NCBI GenBank assembly: GCA_963733675.1
Contig: CAVTET010000005.1
Location: 224,001 to 288,000 of the forward strand
Origin: an uncultured Methanosarcinaceae archaeon
GTDB taxonomy: Archaea > Halobacteriota > Methanosarcinia > Methanosarcinales > Methanosarcinaceae
Direction: 5' to 3'
Length of the DNA stretch: 64,000 nucleotides
The notes beneath the pieces were generated by a model, which did no database searches, had not been told where the DNA came from, and saw only the letters and a list, made by a program, of their open reading frames with translations. This document shows positions 47,200-57,840 of the stretch, in pieces (positions within the stretch are counted from its first letter, which is position 1; each line of letters opens with the position of its first letter). The position numbers and the translations under genes are program-made.

Positions 47200-47569
47200 A
47201 AAGAGGCTAAAATAATGAAAAATTATACGCAAATAATGGGTCAAAAGACTTTTTAGCGTAGAATATGGCTCCGAATTTCTTTCAATCATCTCTACAATTT
47301 AGTTTTTCCTATGCTAAAATATAACTCAACATTGCGCTGGCGCTTTAATTGTAATACATGCATCTTCGGTTAGGTGTGGAATCACGATAAGTTGCACCTA
47401 TTTCGCAAAGATTCTCAAAAATATTAATTGATGCAAAGTTGGGGTAGAGTAACGATTTTAGTTTTATTTTTTGAAATTCAGGACTGTTTTTTGCTCCTAA
47501 ATAGATAACATACAGACAAGAAAATTCCTGAACCGCTGATCAATGAATTATAATGTAGTCATTCCAAAT

Positions 47570-47912
47570 CAAATATTTTCATTTACTTATATGATTTTTT
47601 TACTTTATTGTTCCCTGATTTTCAACATAATTTTTGATAATGTCAGAAGTTGTTCCATCTACAACTGTTCCAATGTATCCTCCATCACTACCTAAATCCC
47701 CACCATCAAGCTGTTTTTAATCGCAGAATCTTCTTTAAAAATTTATCTTGCTGTAATGCTTTTTATAGTCTGAATAACTTTTGAAGGAGAATACTTTGGC
47801 TCAGCACCAACGAAAAGGCGATATGATCATCATCAGTACCAATTGCATTAAACTTAAAAAGGTACCTTTCACCAATTTCAAGTCACAAGTTTTTCGAAAA
47901 GCCTGTCATTTC
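47570..47912 (-). pseudogene. IS200/IS605 TnpA (HUH Y1) remnant, cut by IS6 copy 3
   Basis: AIGTDDDHI, LFVGAEPKYSPSKVIQTIKSITAR and GGYIGTV..TTSDIIKNYVENQG. Confidence 0.8.
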
Positions 47913-48767
47913 GGTTCCTTTGCAAAAAATCCTTTCTAATGATACAATAGAGTAAAAAGAAAACCAAAGATAGTAGTATGCTATCTAATTCCTTTAAATG
48001 GAAGCATTATGAAGGGGAAATTATCTTATTGAATGTAAGATGGTACTTAAAATATGCATTAAGTTATAGAAATTTAAAGGAAATGATGGCAGAAAGGGGA
48101 GTAAAAGTCGACCATACAACAATCATGAGATGGGTACATCAATATTCCCCTGAAATAGAAAAGAAGATAAGAAGACATTTAAGACCAACAAATGATTCGT
48201 GGAGAGTTGATGAAACCTATATCAAAGTAAAAGGTAAATGGAAATATTTTTACCGAGCAGTTGACTCAAATGGAGATACAATTGATTTCATGTTAAGTTC
48301 AAAACGAGATAGAAAGGCAGCGAAGAGATTCTTTAAGAAAGCTTTAAGTTCTAATCATAATCAAATTCCAAGATTAATAACCGTTGATAAGAATCCAGCT
48401 TATCCACCTGCTATAGATAAACTAAAAATTGATAAAATACTACCTAAAAACATAGGCATTCGACAAATCAAGTATTTGAATAACATTATAGAACAAGATC
48501 ACAGATCTATAAAGAAAATCGTTAATCCAATGTTAGGATTTCAGTCTTTTCGATCTGCTAATAAGACTTTAAAAGGAATTGAAGCTATAAATATGATCAA
48601 AAAAGGACAAGTAATCGATTTAAATTACTCTGTTCTTAATGAAGTCAAATACATTAATCAATTATTTGGTATAGTTTTATAATGTTAGTACATTTTCCTT
48701 GAATGTTTTGATTTTTATTAATCACTTATAGATTTACATATTTTGTTGAAGTTTTTGCAACGGAACC
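47913..48767 (+). mobile_element. IS6-family element, copy 3 (transposase 47978-48682)
   Basis: Left IR GGTTCCTTTGCAAAAA (one mismatch), right IR intact, 855 bp. Confidence 0.97.
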
Positions 48768-48990
48768 CTTGATAGTATGTGGGGTATCGAAGCGCAGATG
48801 CTACTCTTGAAGGTCTCTAGCACGATATAATGAATTAGATACAATTTCCAAAGAATCAGTGGGAAAAAATAAGAACAACAAATCTAATAGGAGAGGTTAA
48901 CAAGGAACCCAAAAAAATATGTATAGTGCTGGTGACATTCCATATGGATTCTTATAAAAAAATTTAGTATCCTCTAAGATTTGATGGATT
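48768..48990 (+). pseudogene. IS256-family transposase C-terminal remnant
   Basis: QFPKNQWEKIRTTNLIGEVNKE resembles the FP..W..IRTTN..ER.N.E motif. Confidence 0.7.
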
Positions 48991-49156
48991 TTTGATTACT
49001 TTTGCCCTCTATTCTTTGTCCGATTTTATTTTTAAAATACAAGATCAATAGAATATCTTACTTGGGAGTTGTATTGTTAGTAACAATAACAAGGTTAAAT
49101 CAAGTTTTTGGATGGGCTCATTCACAAAAGTTAACTTTACAGAACTCCGTTATTTG

Positions 49157-49320
49157 TTAACCACGATAGTTTTTATATTCACAAATTTTGAGCCCATAGT
49201 GGGAAAGCTCCCGCCCAATTCCTGACTTCTTGACCCCGCCAAAAGGCAGTTTGGGATCAGATTTGATCATCCCATATATAGTCACAAATCCTGACCGAAT
49301 CCTTTTTGCCACCTTTTTGA
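49157..49320 (-). pseudogene. Aldehyde dehydrogenase C-terminal fragment
   Basis: [23 protein letters not shown] motif; the rest of the gene is absent. Confidence 0.8.
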
Positions 49321-49779
49321 TATTCAATATCATCCAGATCACCTTAGTTAATTAAATAAAGTCGATGGAATTTCATTTTGAAAGAAAGTATTCATACTCT
49401 TTTTACAATAAATCCTGCAAAAAAAGCGTCAGAACACAAAGATACTCTAAATATATTTGGGCAAATATTGCATAGAAACGTTCTGAAATGCAATATATAG
49501 GCTTCAAAAAAGAGAAAAATATTCGAATTCTCTCTTAAAGTACTATGAAGTGAAATATTCTTGTAATCAAAGAAGATGAAGAAATCAATATTAATCTAAC
49601 AAAAAGAAGAAGCCAAAGAGCTTTATGATAATGATCTAATACCGTTTAGAAAATCAGCCGTGAAATATGCCTTAAATTCGATTGATTTTTGCATTAACTT
49701 CAATCTGCTAATAAAAATGGCTGAATTTTTAGGATACAGCGAGTCTAATATGCGGTATTCGCTAAAGGAGTATAAAAGA

Positions 49780-50643
49780 ATGATTGTTCTATATTATCAC
49801 GATGATCTTGATGGTCAGTGCTCAGCAGCTCAGGTCAGGGAGTCGATGGAAGACATCACCGCCAACCCGATACGGTGCATTGCGGTGCAATACAATGGCA
49901 CTACATGGAAAAAAGAAGAAATAGAAGAAGCTGATGAAGTCTACGTTCTTGATTTCACGTTTACTGATATGGGAACTCTTGCAGAAATAACAGGACAAAA
50001 ACTCATATGGATAGATCACCACAAGACTGCAATGGAAGAAAATAAGGAATTGTGGGGTTCGAACATTCTTGGAAAACGGGATATCACAAAAGCTGCTTCC
50101 CAACTTACATGGGAATATCTTAGAAGTGGTCACCCACTTCCTACAACAGTTGAGTACATTTCAAAGCGAGACGTATGGCAATTCGGAGACAAGAAAGAAG
50201 AAATTTCAGCTTTTACTGGAGCTTGCCAAATTCTTCTTCATTCCCCTGAAGATGCAGACTGGAAAGATTTGTTGGCATCGTGTAATCATGAAAATGAAAA
50301 AGTTGAACTCTATCTGAGAGTTGGGCATGCACTCACATATGTCCGGAAAGTTAAAATTGAGAAAGCATTCGAAAGGGGCACAGATATCGACTTTCACGGA
50401 CTGAGAGCGCGACTTATCAATACTACAACCGATGCTAGCGACATTGGAGAGTATGTTTACCAAAAACCAGAATATGATATAGCTGTTATGTGGCAGATGA
50501 TGAATGATATGGTCCAGGTGTCGCTTAGATCAGACTCTATAGATTGTGCTGAGATAGCGCAGAAATATGGTGGAGGAGGGCACAGAGGAGCGGCAGCCTT
50601 TACTATCAAAAGTGGTGGAGAATTTTCGCTTAGACTGTTTTAG
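49780..50643 (+). CDS. DHH/DHHA1 phosphoesterase
   Basis: YHDDLDG, VLDF, WIDHH, VSLRS and GGGGHRGAA motifs. The probable start is the ATG at 49780, preceded by AAGGAG. Confidence 0.9.
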   Translation: MIVLYYHDDLDGQCSAAQVRESMEDITANPIRCIAVQYNGTTWKKEEIEEADEVYVLDFTFTDMGTLAEITGQKLIWIDHHKTAMEENKELWGSNILGKRDITKAASQLTWEYLRSGHPLPTTVEYISKRDVWQFGDKKEEISAFTGACQILLHSPEDADWKDLLASCNHENEKVELYLRVGHALTYVRKVKIEKAFERGTDIDFHGLRARLINTTTDASDIGEYVYQKPEYDIAVMWQMMNDMVQVSLRSDSIDCAEIAQKYGGGGHRGAAAFTIKSGGEFSLRLF

Positions 50644-50829
50644 ACAAAACAATAAAAACCTATGGAAAAACTTTAAAAGATCAAGCGTGAAATGGCTCTG
50701 TCAAGTCTGCGGAATCTGGACATATTTACAGATTTTATAATAGCTGGGAAAAATATTATGTTTCAGGACTGATAAATAATAAAAGAAAATGAAGTAATTA
50801 TTCGGTTTACATATCATCTTTATTTAATT

Positions 50830-50930
50830 AGTTAGATACAATTCCTTTCGTCTTCCAAGCATCTGAATTATGTAGGTCAGGTTTAATCGCTTTGTCAAAT
50901 GCTTTTATTGCTTTAATAATTAAGTTAAGT
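50830..50930 (-). pseudogene. TPR gene fragment
   Basis: KAIKAFDKAIKPDLHNSDAWKTK on the minus strand. Confidence 0.5.
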
Positions 50931-51331
50931 GAATTATGAGATAATTAGTTTCCTTATCTTGCTTATACTTTACTCTGTAGTCGTCTCATTTTGTAACAAA
51001 ATAAAGAGACACATAGTCATACCTTTTACAATACTTTTAATAGTATATGGAAATTTTGAAATCGAATATAATCAACTGTATTGAAATTGTGAAAATTCCA
51101 TAAAATCGATACATTAGGAATTAGTTATATTGTGTATCACGATTATGAGATCGGGCATCCACATTTAAAGCGTTTGATATCCTGCATTATAATCGTGAAA
51201 TACAAAATCAATTAGAATTGACCGACAGATCTCTAGGGCTGTAGGACATCAAACGGCTAATTCAAAAAATAAGTTTAATCTGTGGATAATTATTGATAGG
51301 CAAACCTGAGTGAAAATAACTTATGCAATAA

Positions 51332-51630
51332 ATGTTCATCATTTTGTCCCATGCTTCATTTCCTTGGATTCAGAAAGCTTTGTTTCTACAAGGTAATGTA
51401 AATGCTACCAAATTGGCTTTGTATATCTGGTATTTTAAAGGTTTAAAGCAAACAAAAAAGATATTGTTATTTTCAGTTCTAAAGCAAAGGATACTTTTGG
51501 TGTCAATAAAAGATCTTTCACAAGAGCTCTACAAAAATTAGTAGATTTGGGAATGATAACAATATTAATTTGTGAGCGTGGTAACAGTCCTAAAATTACT
51601 GTGATATGGGAAGCTTCTGAGAGAGAATGA
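51332..51630 (+). pseudogene. Frameshifted winged-helix-like protein of mobile-element type
   Basis: FPWIQKA..LALYIWYFKGLKQ, then after a frameshift FGVNKRSFTRALQKLVDLGMI..RGNSPKITV. Confidence 0.5.
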
Positions 51631-52007
51631 GTAATGAAATTGTAGAAAAATCAGATCAATTTAAAGCCTTCAAAATAAATTTTCGGTTTCGTTTTCTTGT
51701 GATCCCTATATTATTATAGCATAGGTAAGTATTTCCACGCTATTAAATAAATGACTTCATCTAAGCCCCTACAAAGATTTATAATTTATCTGATTATCCC
51801 TAACCTACGAAAGAAAATGCCTTAAATCGCCCCACAATCGATCTTCTTTTACTTTATTTAATTCGCTTAGGTGACTAGGTTGCTCTAAGATATCAAAAAA
51901 GTTGATCTTGTGAGCTGCAGGGGAAGAGAATCCTGCAGCCTGGCAGCAAGCGCATCCTAAATGACATGCGGCAATCTTAGGGGTCCGGAACTGTGGGATA
52001 AACTGAA

Positions 52008-52380
52008 GTGAAGAACATGATATCTGCAGATTTAAAGAAGATATTACGGATCATTGAAGAATGCAAAAATGCAAAAAAATTACCATGGGACTGTAAAAAC
52101 TTTATGAGTTTATACGAAACAGAAAAAGTTAGAAGGAACATAATCTATAAATTATTTGACTCGAAGGACGCAGATTACAAACCTCTGGAACCTTTTAGGA
52201 TTGAGATCGAAAACACGACTGGTTTAAAGCCTTGAGGCGCAGGAATTCCGTTATCATTCAGCTAAGAGGCATGTGTAGGCAGTTATCCTTCGAAACCATG
52301 TACTGAAGAAGAAGCAGCAGAAATTAGAAGAACATTTTTAGACAAAATTTACGGGACTGCGGACTCATATATTTAAATAA
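52008..52380 (+). pseudogene. Degraded ORF with a possible AP2-like tail
   Basis: The ORF ends at NTTG. Downstream sequence reads TEEEAAEIRRTFLDKIYG. Confidence 0.35.
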
Positions 52381-52576
52381 CTCAATGCAAGCCTTAGATT
52401 AATTACACTGAAAGAAAGCATATCAATTGAATTTCTCGATCAATTCCAGACAGACACGGCTGATATTGGTTGCAGTGAATGCAGGTACTCTATATTTATC
52501 GGTGCGATAAGCTGTCGATAAAGGAATCTGTTAAAAAAATACGAATTTCCAGCGACACCGTAAGATGAAATTCATG

Positions 52577-52993
52577 TTATTTTAAATTGTTATATTCTTT
52601 ATCCTTTACGGGTTCCAGTCATTCGGCGTCTCCCTTTTGGGCATTAGTACTTATCGCAATATGTACAAACCAGCTATCCGTTGTAGCACCATGCCAATGT
52701 TTCACATTTGGATGGATTTTTACTACGTCCCCTTCCTGAATCACCTTTACCGGCCTACCTTCTTCCTGAAAATATCCTCCGCCGCCAGTAACAAGCAGAA
52801 TCTACCCACCAGAATGTTTATGCCAATTATTTCTTGCGCCTGGTTCAAAAGTTACATTACCTATCGGGCAATTAAAGATACTGTCATTAAAAACCAGTAT
52901 TTCAAGCCATGCTGTCCCTATGAAATAGTCATTCGTAATTTTTTCGCCTTTCGGGAAGATTACACTTTCACTTAAATTATTTGATTTGTTCAT
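52577..52993 (-). pseudogene. Cupin-domain gene with in-frame TAG and TGA
   Basis: VTFEPGARNNWHKHSGG*ILLVTGG.G..GDVV..HWHGA..E*LEPV, all in one frame. Confidence 0.85.
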
Positions 52994-53039
52994 ATTGTAT
53001 TCTCCTTTAAATTTTTTCGTGATACTACTTAACTCATTT

Positions 53040-53200
53040 TGTCAAGGATTCTAAAGCTATTTTACTCATATGGAAAGAATATCATCAATTACAGCAATTG
53101 ATGCAACCGGATTTACGAGTTTTTATACAAGTTATTATTATTCATGTAAAACAGGGAAACTCTTTTGGAGCTTCCTGAAAGCTTCAATAACCATAGTATC
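53040..53200 (+). pseudogene. Internal fragment of an IS5-family transposase
   Basis: ITAIDATGFTS followed by SYYYS..TGK..FLK, the first catalytic-Asp region. Confidence 0.6.
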
Positions 53201-53255
53201 GTAACTGAAACCGCGAAATTCATCAGTTTTTACTTAACTCAAGTCTTTGAGAATT

Positions 53256-54446
53256 TCAGGAGAAAAGCCTTCTTGCAGTTTCCTCTGCCTTTCTCATAAC
53301 CTCTTTTACAGGAACTCTGCTTGCTTTTGCGATTTTTTTGCAATCCTCAAACTCGGCAGAAATATTAAGTAGGATGCCTTCAGAATCCATGGCGATCTTG
53401 ACCGCAGCTTCATATACCTGTCCTTCGACTTCAAAATTAACCGATTCTATTCGCCTGGAGGCCATTAACCTGTGTCTGGAAGGGGTAACCCTTACTCCCA
53501 GAGATCCTGTCTCGATAATTATTTTCCGGGCGAGTTTTGCAGTATCCTCGGGTTTTGCAATAACCTTGATAACATGAGCCGGACGGCCTTTTTTCATTGT
53601 TGCCGGGAAAATTGCAACATCTCTTGCCCCCATAGCAAGCAGTTCCTCGAAAAGGTTACCCAGGACTTCTCCGCTCACATCATCGGCATTTGTTTCAAGT
53701 ACCTCAATGATGTCCGGGATCAGGCAGGAATCAATTTCGGAAAGCACTCCCTGCAGCACGTTGGGCCCGGCAAGCTCAGAATCCCCTGCCCCATACCCGG
53801 TTGAAATTGCTCTACCTTGAGGAAAAGTTTCCACTGATCTTGCAAAATGAGCCAGAATAGCAGCCCCTGTCGGAGTAAGAAGTTCTTTTTTCTCAGCACC
53901 TCCCCTGAAATAGAGCTTTCCTCTCTTGAGGAGTTCAAGGGTAGCCGGGGCTGGGACAGGTAAAGTCCCATGTGCGCATTCGATTGTTTCACTGCCCACA
54001 TTGATAGGCATGCAATAAACAGAATCACAGTTGAGGGCATGAATAGCTGCCGAAGACCCGATTACGTCGGCAAGAGCGTCATTCTGTCCTACCTCATGGA
54101 AATGAATGTTTTCTAGGTCATGTTGCCCGTGGACTGTTGCTTCAGCTTCTGCCATTTTCAAAAAAATATCAAGGGCACTTTCCTCCACCTTCGTGGGCAA
54201 TTTTGCACCCTTTATGACGTCCACAAGTTCAGGATAAGTGCGAGCCGGCTCCTTGTCAGGAACCTTGATCCGAACATCCAGAGCCTTAATTCCTTTTTTT
54301 AAAACTTCTTTTACATCTACAGATACTGGGACAGAGATTTCTATCATTTCCTTAATTGCGTTCCTGTCAGCCCCGAGATCTAGAGCGCATCCAAGGATCA
54401 TATCTCCTGCTGCACCTGAAAATGGATTGAATACAAGTGCTTTCAT
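53256..54446 (-). CDS. larC: Nickel-pincer cofactor nickel insertase
   Basis: SGAAGDM, HFHEVG, CAHG.LPVPAPAT, TPTGAA, ETN.DD, MKKGRP and AEFEDC motifs. Confidence 0.95.
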   Translation of the reverse strand: MKALVFNPFSGAAGDMILGCALDLGADRNAIKEMIEISVPVSVDVKEVLKKGIKALDVRIKVPDKEPARTYPELVDVIKGAKLPTKVEESALDIFLKMAEAEATVHGQHDLENIHFHEVGQNDALADVIGSSAAIHALNCDSVYCMPINVGSETIECAHGTLPVPAPATLELLKRGKLYFRGGAEKKELLTPTGAAILAHFARSVETFPQGRAISTGYGAGDSELAGPNVLQGVLSEIDSCLIPDIIEVLETNADDVSGEVLGNLFEELLAMGARDVAIFPATMKKGRPAHVIKVIAKPEDTAKLARKIIIETGSLGVRVTPSRHRLMASRRIESVNFEVEGQVYEAAVKIAMDSEGILLNISAEFEDCKKIAKASRVPVKEVMRKAEETARRLFS

Positions 54447-54502
54447 GAAATCATCTTCCTACATTGCATTTTTAAGTAATTTTTGATCTCTTCTTCTCTT
54501 TG

Positions 54503-55060
54503 TTACCCATCTTTCAGCTCTATTTTTTCTCCAATGCCCAGTTTTCTGGCTGTTGCAATCATATTTGCGATCCGAGCTGCGTAAGCACCAGCTACGAAAC
54601 CTACATCTATATTCACTACCGCAATGGGGGGCAGGACTGCAACATTGCCAGTAGGGCAGCCTTTCCTTTACCTCCGGCCCCGTAGCCTGTATACACCGGA
54701 AGCCCGATAACAGGCACGTCCACAAGTCCGGAAACTATTGATAGAAGCGCTCCCTCCCTTCCGGCCGCAACAACTATTGCCTCAGGCTTCATAGCTTTCA
54801 GTCTCTGGAGTTCTGGAATGAGACTGTGAATTCCTGCAACCCCTACGTCATATACGGCAATAGTTTTGCAGCCCATTTCTGAAGCAATAACGTGAGCCTC
54901 TTCCGCAGCCGGTATATCTGTCGCACCTGATTTTCCTATGGGGATCAAGTTTTGCAATGCCTGAGTAAAGAACAAAACCCAGACCAAGGGGCTGCTGTTC
55001 CGCAGTCTTAAGATCCATTTTTTCGTCTTTAACAGCCCTTAATACATCACTAAGATCCAT
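54503..55060 (-). pseudogene. larB: LarB-family gene with an internal deletion and frameshifts
   Basis: AKLDPHR, TDIPAAEEA, DVGVAGIH, AGREGAL, PVIGLP..GYG and VVNID motifs lie in three frames. Confidence 0.88.
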
Positions 55061-55375
55061 GTGCCACCCTTCGCCTAGAAGAATTAGATACTTTAGCAAT
55101 AAACAATTTAAATCTCAGTTCTTCGATAACAATTTATTAGTTTAGAGGCTCTGTAGAATCTCGCGCTATACTTCATACGATCTTGATTTTCAGAATTACT
55201 TGTTTGTTGCTTTGCAATTTGAGATAAAATTTCAAAATTCTAAAGCTGAATGAGTATAATTGACTAAACATGAAGATAAACAACGGAAAATGGAAATATG
55301 GTTTAATCTTTCAATAAAGTTAGCTTAAACAATATCTTCATTTTGTCTTTTTCGGCACTTCGAATTTCTCTAGTT

Positions 55376-56578
55376 TTAAGTCTTTTTGAATACTTGTTTT
55401 GCCATGGCGACTCTATTCTCCAGGTCGGGTCCTTCAAGCTCTTCTACAACGGATTCGAGGATTGTCGGTATATCAATGTGCTGAGGACATTTTTCAAGGC
55501 ATTCTCCGCATTGCACGCACAGGGATGCAAATTCAGCTTCTCCTACTGATAGAACCCCACACAGTCTTACGGCATAATGGAACTTTGCACCGTTCGCATC
55601 GCCGGACATGTACAGGTTGTTGTACGTCCTCGAAGCAGAATGGGATATTCACTCCGCTCGTACAGGGCATACAGTATCTGCAGCCTGTACAGCCTACTTT
55701 CATCAGTTCACGGTACTTCCGCTCTACTTTTTTTATAAGTCTGCAGCTCAGCTTCAGTCAGAGAATTCGGGTAAGCTTTATCGGCCAGTCTAAGATTCTC
55801 TTCAATATGTGTTTCCTCATTCATCCCGGAAAGGACGACCGTTACTCCTGGATGGTTCCATACCCAGCGAAGAGCCCATTCTGCCGGGGTCCTCTTAGTC
55901 GGAGCCTCATCCCAGATATCTTTCACTGCAGAAGGCACTGGGCTCGCGAGGTTCCCTCCGCGGAGTGGCTCCATAATTACTATTCCCAGGCCTTTTGAAG
56001 CTGCATACTCCAAACCATCGGTTCCTGCCTGGTTCTTTTCATCCAGGAAGTTGTACTGGATCTGGCAAAAGTCCCAGCCATAAGCGTCCACTATCCTATT
56101 GAAGTCCTTTCCTGATCCGTGGAAGGAAAAGCCTGCATTAATTATTCGTCCGTCGGCTTTGGCTTTGTCAAGGAAATCGGCTACCCCCAGCTTTTCGACA
56201 TTGTCCCACAGCTCGCCCAGCAGAGCATGGACCAGGTAATAGTCAATATGGTCTGTATTGAGCTTCTCCAGCTGAGCATTCAAGAACATAGTCCATGTCC
56301 TCCTGGCTTTTCAGCAACCAGTGGGAAGTTTTGTTGCGAGTTTAACTTTACTACGGTATCCGTCAGCAAGAGCACGACCTAAAAAAAGCTCGCTCTGTCC
56401 CCTATGGTAGGGCCAGGCCGTATCAACATAGTTTACTCCGTGGTCGATCGCATAGCGTACCTGCTTAGTGGCTCTTTCTTCGTCTATAGTACCATCTTCT
56501 TTCACGGGAGAGGCGCATACATCCGAATCCAATGACGGAAAGCTCGTCTCCATTCTTAGGAATTTTTCTATATAACAT
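55376..56578 (-). pseudogene. Aldo/keto reductase with a C-terminal Fe-S domain, multiply frameshifted
   Basis: [37 protein letters not shown] and CVQCGECLEKCPQ are spread over several frames. Confidence 0.9.
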
Positions 56579-56680
56579 TCTCCATTCACCTGGTTTCTTC
56601 AAACTATTTTTTAGGTATGTTGGGTTAATTTTTTGATTGACGGGATATTTTGAGGTAAGTCAGTCCATTAGTTTCCATAT

Positions 56681-56700
56681 ATGAGTGACTGATCACTCAT
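56681..56700. promoter_or_regulatory. Putative TetR operator upstream of the aldo/keto reductase
   Basis: Perfect inverted repeat ATGAGTGA-CTGA-TCACTCAT. Confidence 0.6.
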
Positions 56701-56717
56701 AAGTGGGGTGAAAAAAA

Positions 56718-57296
56718 TTAATTCTCAGCTAAACCTTTCCAGATAATCTGAAATCCATCCTCTATAAACTTATTTTTATTTTGTGATGAATCTGAATCAA
56801 GGATCAGATTCACTACCACTCTGCTAGCCTGATAAAACATTGCAATGGTCAGCTCTGCGGAAAAATCTCTGATTACTCCTGTTTTTATTCCTTGATTCAC
56901 AAGATCATGGAGAAAGACATACTCTTTCATCACTTCTTCACGCGTAAATTTTGTTATATAAGGAGAAGAGCAGAACTGGCCGACAAAAAGAAATTCTTCC
57001 TGATTGTCTGCTCCCCATTTGATTAAATTTGACCATATTTTTCTTAACTTATCCTGAAAGGTATTATGTGCTTCAATTTCTTTCCCCATACTTTGACTTA
57101 ATTGCCCTTTTACTTCGAAATATAGGCTGTTTATAAGGTCTTCCTTTGTAGGAAAGTAATTGAAAAGAGTGCCTGTAGCTATACCTGCTTCTTTCGAAAT
57201 CTGAGCAGTGGATGTACCGTGGAAGCCCCTTTCAGTGAAAAGCTTCAGGGCTGATTCCATAATGGCTGTTTTTTTGTCTATGACCTGTTCTTTCAT
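56718..57296 (-). CDS. TetR/AcrR-family regulator
   Basis: N-terminal HTH LFTERGFHGTSTAQISKEAGIATGTLFNYFPTKEDL. Confidence 0.95.
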   Translation of the reverse strand: MKEQVIDKKTAIMESALKLFTERGFHGTSTAQISKEAGIATGTLFNYFPTKEDLINSLYFEVKGQLSQSMGKEIEAHNTFQDKLRKIWSNLIKWGADNQEEFLFVGQFCSSPYITKFTREEVMKEYVFLHDLVNQGIKTGVIRDFSAELTIAMFYQASRVVVNLILDSDSSQNKNKFIEDGFQIIWKGLAEN

Positions 57297-57312
57297 GCAT
57301 TATCTCTATAAT

Positions 57313-57330
57313 TGACTGATTAGTCAGTTA
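57313..57330. promoter_or_regulatory. Putative autoregulatory TetR operator
   Basis: TGACTGA-TTAG-TCAGTTA, about 17 bp before the tetR start, with the same geometry as 56681-56700. Confidence 0.55.
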
Positions 57331-57624
57331 CACTGCAATATTATGTTGTTAGATAAAATACTTTATGGTGCTTTTTTCTTCTCACTGGGTTCATGTAAAC
57401 ATATTTTTTAGTCCAATATGTTGTTCTTTCAGTACACTGCCACATTGGCCAGCATACATAATTTTCTATAAAACTATATATCTCAAAAAATCATTTGATA
57501 CAAAATTCACATCTCGAGAATCAAATTAAGCATAGTATTCAAAAATTTGACTTTGAATTCACAGCAAATTTGCAATACAATCTACCCTTTTTTATGGGCA
57601 TGATTAATTTGCAAGCTTACTATA

Positions 57625-57713
57625 GAGAATTTCGATAAAGCTTTTCTTTTCACGAGCCACTTAAACATTAGTTATAAGTACATGACGAAATTTAGGAGTT
57701 TATCGAAAGTTAT
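57625..57713 (+). mobile_element. 89-bp MITE copy
   Basis: GAGAATTTCGATAAAGCT ... ACATGACGAAATTTAGGAGTTTATCGAAA. Confidence 0.75.
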
Positions 57714-57840
57714 TCAGTCATGTGAATTGCTTCTTATTAAGAGAAAACCGTAGGTCCACTGGTGTTAGTAGGATTGAATGCTCCATATGGACTTTCTCTC
57801 CCGAAAGTAAAGTCAGCTATCACAAACACCAGCAAGTTGA

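Noticed and set aside
51915-51960. AATCCTGCAGCC resembling a group I intron Q element
   Set aside because: No matching P, R or S elements and no interrupted host gene were found.
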